Below, in pieces: positions 59,211-64,000 of a stretch of DNA of 64,000 nt (the stretch's first letter is position 1; each line of letters starts with the position of its first letter). The stretch covers positions 592,797-656,796 of the forward strand of contig CM121342.1 of NCBI GenBank assembly GCA_051530055.1. The letters run 5' to 3'. This stretch comes from Neoechinorhynchus agilis. Its lineage: Eukaryota; Animalia; Acanthocephala. The notes below the pieces were generated by a model. The model was not told the DNA's origin. It worked only from the letters and a program-made list of their open reading frames with translations, and searched no databases. Made by a program: the position numbers and the translations under genes.

Positions 59211-59694
59211 AAACGCAAAAAGGCAGCTTTCTTTGAAGACAGTAAATATTCGTTCATAAAATAATGAAGTCCTAGGAAAACCACCAAAATAAATATACTC
59301 TTTAAATCAGTTTGCGATGAATATTCTCGCTCAAATTATTTTTCAGTATATAACTGTGAAATAAATTAATTCTTTATCACACATTTTCCGAACTCTGGCA
59401 TCAATTTTCCCTTTTCAAATCTTACCTTCAAATTTTGTTACCGTTGAAATTGTCCAAATACAATTTTAATACTAGTAATATTCGGAGGTAAATTAATCAC
59501 TGATAGAAGTGGTTATCTATTGGATTAGAAAGTTTATGACAAAAGAGGAAAGCTTAATTTATTTCCACTTTTGAATCATATTGCTTTTTATTTCAATTGC
59601 TTAATAACTAATGATTTTCTATGAAGTATGCGAAGTTTCAAATTTTGGATTCCCAAGAAGCGGCTTAAAAGGCAGAGGTATATTATAATCTGTA

Positions 59695-59805
59695 TTGGCT
59701 GTACAATGGGGAGACGCTGCATCGGTCCTTTCGACCGTTATACCAGGACGGCACCTAAGTGATCCAGAGCGGTAATGTGAATGATCTAACACTATCTATT
59801 TTGTT
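59695..59805 (+). mobile_element. Short CRE 3' end remnant
   Basis: AVQWGDAASVLSTVIPGRHLSDPER; same family as the remnants at 6.4, 22.0 and 35.0 kb. Confidence 0.75.
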
Positions 59806-60496
59806 TTTATCTGTATTTTTCATTTATTTGCAATTTAAATACGATCGTGCCGGTAAAAATATCTGCATTTTTGTGGCTAACGACATTTGCTACAAATAAT
59901 TTCTAGCTGAAAATCAAATTTGCAAATTGTGTTGTTTTCTGTTGTAAACGTTAAGGCTATTCAATTAGTATTAAAATAAAAGTAACTAGACGAAAACTAA
60001 GATTCAAATTTTAAGGGACAACTTAAGTACTCGTTGACAAATGGCAAAAACCACAAAGATACTTTATCAAGAAATGATCTAGTATTTCTTACTATCCACA
60101 TTTGCCCTCCTCGGAAGTTCTCTATTTTAAAATTGAAAATTATCACGAAAAAAAATTATTTGCTTCATTTTGCAGATAGGAACATATTTCAACAGCAAAC
60201 AATTATTATCTTTAGGCACTAATCATGCCGTTTTATAGATTTATTTTGTCTAACTGTTCTTTTTATATATTTGATGATCAAAAAATATATTCTAGATATT
60301 TTCTATCGTATTTTCAGCAAACAATTTTGATTTTATCGTTTTATAAGGATTGCTTTTACATACACAGATTTGGCGTTTGGTTTATGTTATCGACTCGCTT
60401 TTCCTATGCAAGAAATTAAATTAAAATTCTTGACTATTTTAAGTGAGTCCATTTTTTGGCTTGTATATGATGTCTCATGAATTTTTAATTTCGAAG

Positions 60497-61009
60497 TCAA
60501 ATAGATTCTCCTCTCATCATCATTTTTAATTTTTCTTCCCTTTGTCTCTTTAACGCCTCTTCCAATCTAATCAGCTCATTTGTTTTTATGGCCGCTTCTG
60601 ATTTCAGTTCCTTAACTGCCATGTTCAATAACTGTAAAACCATACTCCTTTCCTCTTCACGTTTTTCCCTCTTTTCTTTTTCATCCTTTCTCCTGCTTGC
60701 CCCCGCTAGTCGCAACTTTGTCATGGACGACATTTCGTGCTCAAGTGCTGATACCTCACCATCTAGTATCTTTAAAAGATCTCGACACTTTTTTCCGACC
60801 ATCGCGGTTCCTTTCTTGCAAAATATAATGTAGATGGGGAATGGTAAGTTTAAATCGTTGCTTATATACCGAAGTTTCGTCGGAAAAAGACAATGAGATC
60901 GATGATTTTGCACCAACGCCTTACATCTCCGTTTGCTTTCGCTGCAGAAATTTCTTGCTAGCCTTGAAAGTGATTCAATTTCATTCTTTTTACATGACAT
61001 TTTAGACAA
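60497..61009 (-). CDS. Hypothetical protein with a charged coiled-coil C-terminus, 170 aa
   Basis: ATG-started ORF with a K/E/R-rich helical second half; no family recognised. Confidence 0.45.
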   Translation of the reverse strand: MSKMSCKKNEIESLSRLARNFCSESKRRCKALVQNHRSHCLFPTKLRYISNDLNLPFPIYIIFCKKGTAMVGKKCRDLLKILDGEVSALEHEMSSMTKLRLAGASRRKDEKEKREKREEERSMVLQLLNMAVKELKSEAAIKTNELIRLEEALKRQREEKLKMMMRGESI

Positions 61010-63286
61010 TGCGAAATAATGAAGACGACTGAACGTGAAACTTTTTAAGAATCAAAATGACTAATTTGAATTGCCATATGTAGAGCAACTTCGTTGCTAG
61101 TTTTAATTTTTATTTAAACGATTTTTTCGGCCATTCGTGCTCGTTTCAAAAATTATCTCCATTGTAAATATCATAAATTATTTTTAAATAATTGACAAAC
61201 GCTGGGTACGCAATTGAACTTCTCTGAGCAAAATTTTATTTTATGATTGCCAATCTCAGTAAGATTCGATATGTTTAACTTTAGGGTTTATGCATTACAT
61301 TTAATTTTTTTATTGACTTCAAAACTAGCATATATTTCTGCAAAATACATATTATGCCGCCAATGCAAACTAATAATTTATATCGCAGGTGAAATGGAAA
61401 TTTGATTAAACACAAGTTAGATTAATTATCATCGTTTAATTTTTTCGTCGCTGCGATTCAATGGATGAAGTTCTGAGGAATAATAATCGTCCGCTTACTT
61501 ACATACTTGCCTTTGCCCTCAAAATTTACTTTGTACCCTTGAATCAAAATAAGAGCGTAGGCTCATATAATATTTCGGTGAAGACAATTAAATCCAATGC
61601 AAGAAGACTGCCGGAGTAATGGCATTTTATGTTTATAAATTAAGAAATGAAAACTTTTTATTTGGAGCATAAAATGTTTTCGACTGAGCAAAATATGCGC
61701 ATCTAAATCGTCTTTAGGTAAAACCCGAAATTTAATCTTCAATTTAGAGCAAACTGTCGCTTAAACAGTATATAGCAGTTGATAGACGAAAAACTATTGG
61801 CAAAAAAGTTTCTAACATCTTAAAAAGATTTCACAAATTTTTTCAATCTATTCTGATTATCAAAGGTGTAAGAATTTCATTGTGGATAGTCATGGAAAAC
61901 GGTTACCGCTCGGTATTTATTTGTCGCATAATTGCTAGAAAAATTACTACGTAAAACGATTTGGAGTAGTGAAGATAATATCAAGGATGTTGGAAAAATC
62001 AGCAAACTTTAAAATGCACAGAAAAAAATTAAATAATCATAATTCAGAATTATACTTAAGATATAAGAATACTATAAAACCACTGTTTTTTAATGCAAAA
62101 GTATTGTATAAATAATGATTATTAACTTAACTTCAAAACGAATCTAAATTTAAAAACTAAATGCAATCGTAAACAACAATTTTAGTAGACAAAAATATCT
62201 CAGCAGAAGTTGCTATCAGAGGCAATAACGTAAATTGATTTTAAATTTTCATTTTACGTTTTTAATTTCTTCATCCTTATTCAAGGGTCGATGAATGGGA
62301 ATAAAAATATTCGGAATCGGTACGATTTTACAAAGAGATTATTTTAAGAAATAAAATTTAACAACATTACGATTGAACACTATTGAAATTTGTAAAATTA
62401 GAAGAAATCGTTTAACTAGGTTTAATTATTTTAAGAGTGGTTAAAAAGTTTCATGAATGGAAGTAATTGTTTTCGTAGCTTTGCAGCAATTCAACTTTTT
62501 ATAGCATTTCTAGGTTTTCCGCTAGTCAGCGAAGAGGAGCACTTTTTCGATAATAACGAAGTGTCCAATGTAGGTTCATTATTCATGTAATCAGCCTTGG
62601 ACAATGAATTTATTTCTTGATAAATAGAAAAGAACATAAATACAAATTTATTCTTTAAAAGTGAAATGGCATCAAGCAGCAAAGAAGTGGAACTTCACCA
62701 AAACTAATCAATATTTTTATTGAGATTAGTTCGGACTTCAGATCAATTCATTACGACTTACTTTTCCGACTTTAAAATTTATGGCTTGCATTCTTATGAG
62801 GCTCCAAGCCGTTCGTTGCGGAGCTAAAGATTAATAACGAAATTTCCATTCATTTCTTCGTTGTCCCATCCGCAAATTTTTGGTGTTTTATATGATCAAG
62901 CATAACAGTTAAAAAATCGAATCTATATGCGCATGAACATTGCTAGTTGTTCTTCGTTCTTTATCAGATTAGAAAATGCTCGAATTTACAGCGGTGATGA
63001 CTTATAATTAACTATAAAAATTAAAAAGAATGAAGCTTTCAGTATAAAGACCTTAACTTGTTTATCTCAAGAGAAGAATTCGAATTTTTGACATTTTCGA
63101 ACAGAATACATCGTAAAATGCTAACAGTTTCTTGAAGTTTTGCCAATGTTTTTATTAGCAAATTACACCCACGAGTAAAGGTAGCGTTTCGCACAGCGAA
63201 GCAAACAATAATTAATAATTTTTCGAAATTATAGTAAGACGTATAAGTCTTGATTACCATTCCTTGTGAGTCTAATATGCATTCCA

Positions 63287-63583
63287 TTAGACCAGATTAT
63301 CGTCTTTTTCCATCAATAGCAATTCCTTCTCCTCTTGCTCTATATCTTTTTTGAGTTTTGCTATTCGTTCTTTTATTTTTTCCAAATTAAGCTGATATCT
63401 TTTCTCGGCCGAGAAATGATAATGCAATCGATCCAACAACAAGACTAGCAAATGGCAGGGACCATATAATATGAATGAAGAGAGTGAAAACATTGTAAAA
63501 TATCTTCTTGTGAAGGAAAGCTTGTGCGAATAAGAGTTTGTCAACGTTCTTCCTTTAAAGAGTATCTTCACAAACGATGACAA
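63287..63583 (-). CDS. Probable terminal exon of an unidentified gene (hydrophobic stretch + coiled coil)
   Basis: 98-aa frame with a TTG start ending LEKIKERIAKLKKDIEQEEKEL; upstream exons not resolved. Confidence 0.3.
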   Translation of the reverse strand: MSSFVKILFKGRTLTNSYSHKLSFTRRYFTMFSLSSFILYGPCHLLVLLLDRLHYHFSAEKRYQLNLEKIKERIAKLKKDIEQEEKELLLMEKDDNLV

Positions 63584-64000
63584 TGAACTTGATGATTTTC
63601 CACACCAACACCATATTCCCGCGATGCTTCAATTCTATTCTTCGTTTGATGACATTTTGATCATCAAAAAATAATAAAGGTCACGGTTAGAACGCCATTA
63701 AGAGAGAAATGCAATCAGAAGGAAATTCATTGGAGTTTGATAGTACGCGTTGATTTCTGCTTCAAAGGATTTGATATCGACTTGTTTGAGCGCCATAGGC
63801 TGAAAACGTGAAGTAGATTCATTTTTTAATCGATATCAAAAGATATTATTTTTGAAACTATTAAATTATTTGCTTATTCAAAGTAAGTGCTGCAAAATTA
63901 ATCAAAGTAGGTAGCTCTAAAAATACAAACCTGTTCTCTTGTCGGGTTTAGAATAGTAGCTGGAAAACGGTATTATTCTTTGATGCTTTAACCGTTTTAA

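Noticed and set aside
63287-63850. Resemblance to ATPase inhibitor IF1 (coiled coil) or an MSP domain (upstream frame)
   Set aside because: Only generic similarity; diagnostic motifs are absent and the exons could not be joined convincingly.
1-64000. Bacterial or phage origin, rRNA or snRNA genes
   Set aside because: Spliceosomal introns, HP1, CDC27 and Mondo indicate a eukaryote. I recognised no rRNA or snRNA signature by eye; a covariance-model search was not possible.

Overview
AT-rich eukaryotic, probably animal, genomic DNA with very short spliceosomal introns and many decayed retroelements (about 24 kb by my rough tally). The elements are CRE-clade RLE LINEs, Penelope-like elements, I/Jockey-type APE LINEs, CR1/L2-type and RTE fragments, one near-complete Ty3/gypsy element and one internally deleted CsRn1-like element. 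Recognisable host genes are an HP1/CBX-type chromo + chromoshadow protein, CDC27/APC3, a multi-exon MondoA/ChREBP homologue, a BTB-BACK protein and a split J-domain ORF. An unrecognised secreted Thr/Glu-rich repeat protein is present in three copies. I found no CRISPR array, rRNA or intact tRNA. The best leads are: (1) the triplicated secreted gene, with 5, 4 and 3 repeat units, on ~2 kb duplicated modules in alternating orientation that each carry a CRE 3' end; (2) a Mondo protein that keeps its glucose-sensing, zipper and C-terminal regions but appears to have lost the DNA-binding basic region; (3) 22-41 nt microintrons; (4) hammerhead-ribozyme-like cores beside Penelope remnants, one inside a 109-bp palindrome; (5) a tRNA-like fold ending in CCA upstream of the CsRn1-like remnant. 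All family assignments are from motif recognition by eye; no searches were run. Two ORFs in the supplied track have the wrong strand label (13299..13568 is +, 41952..42188 is -).
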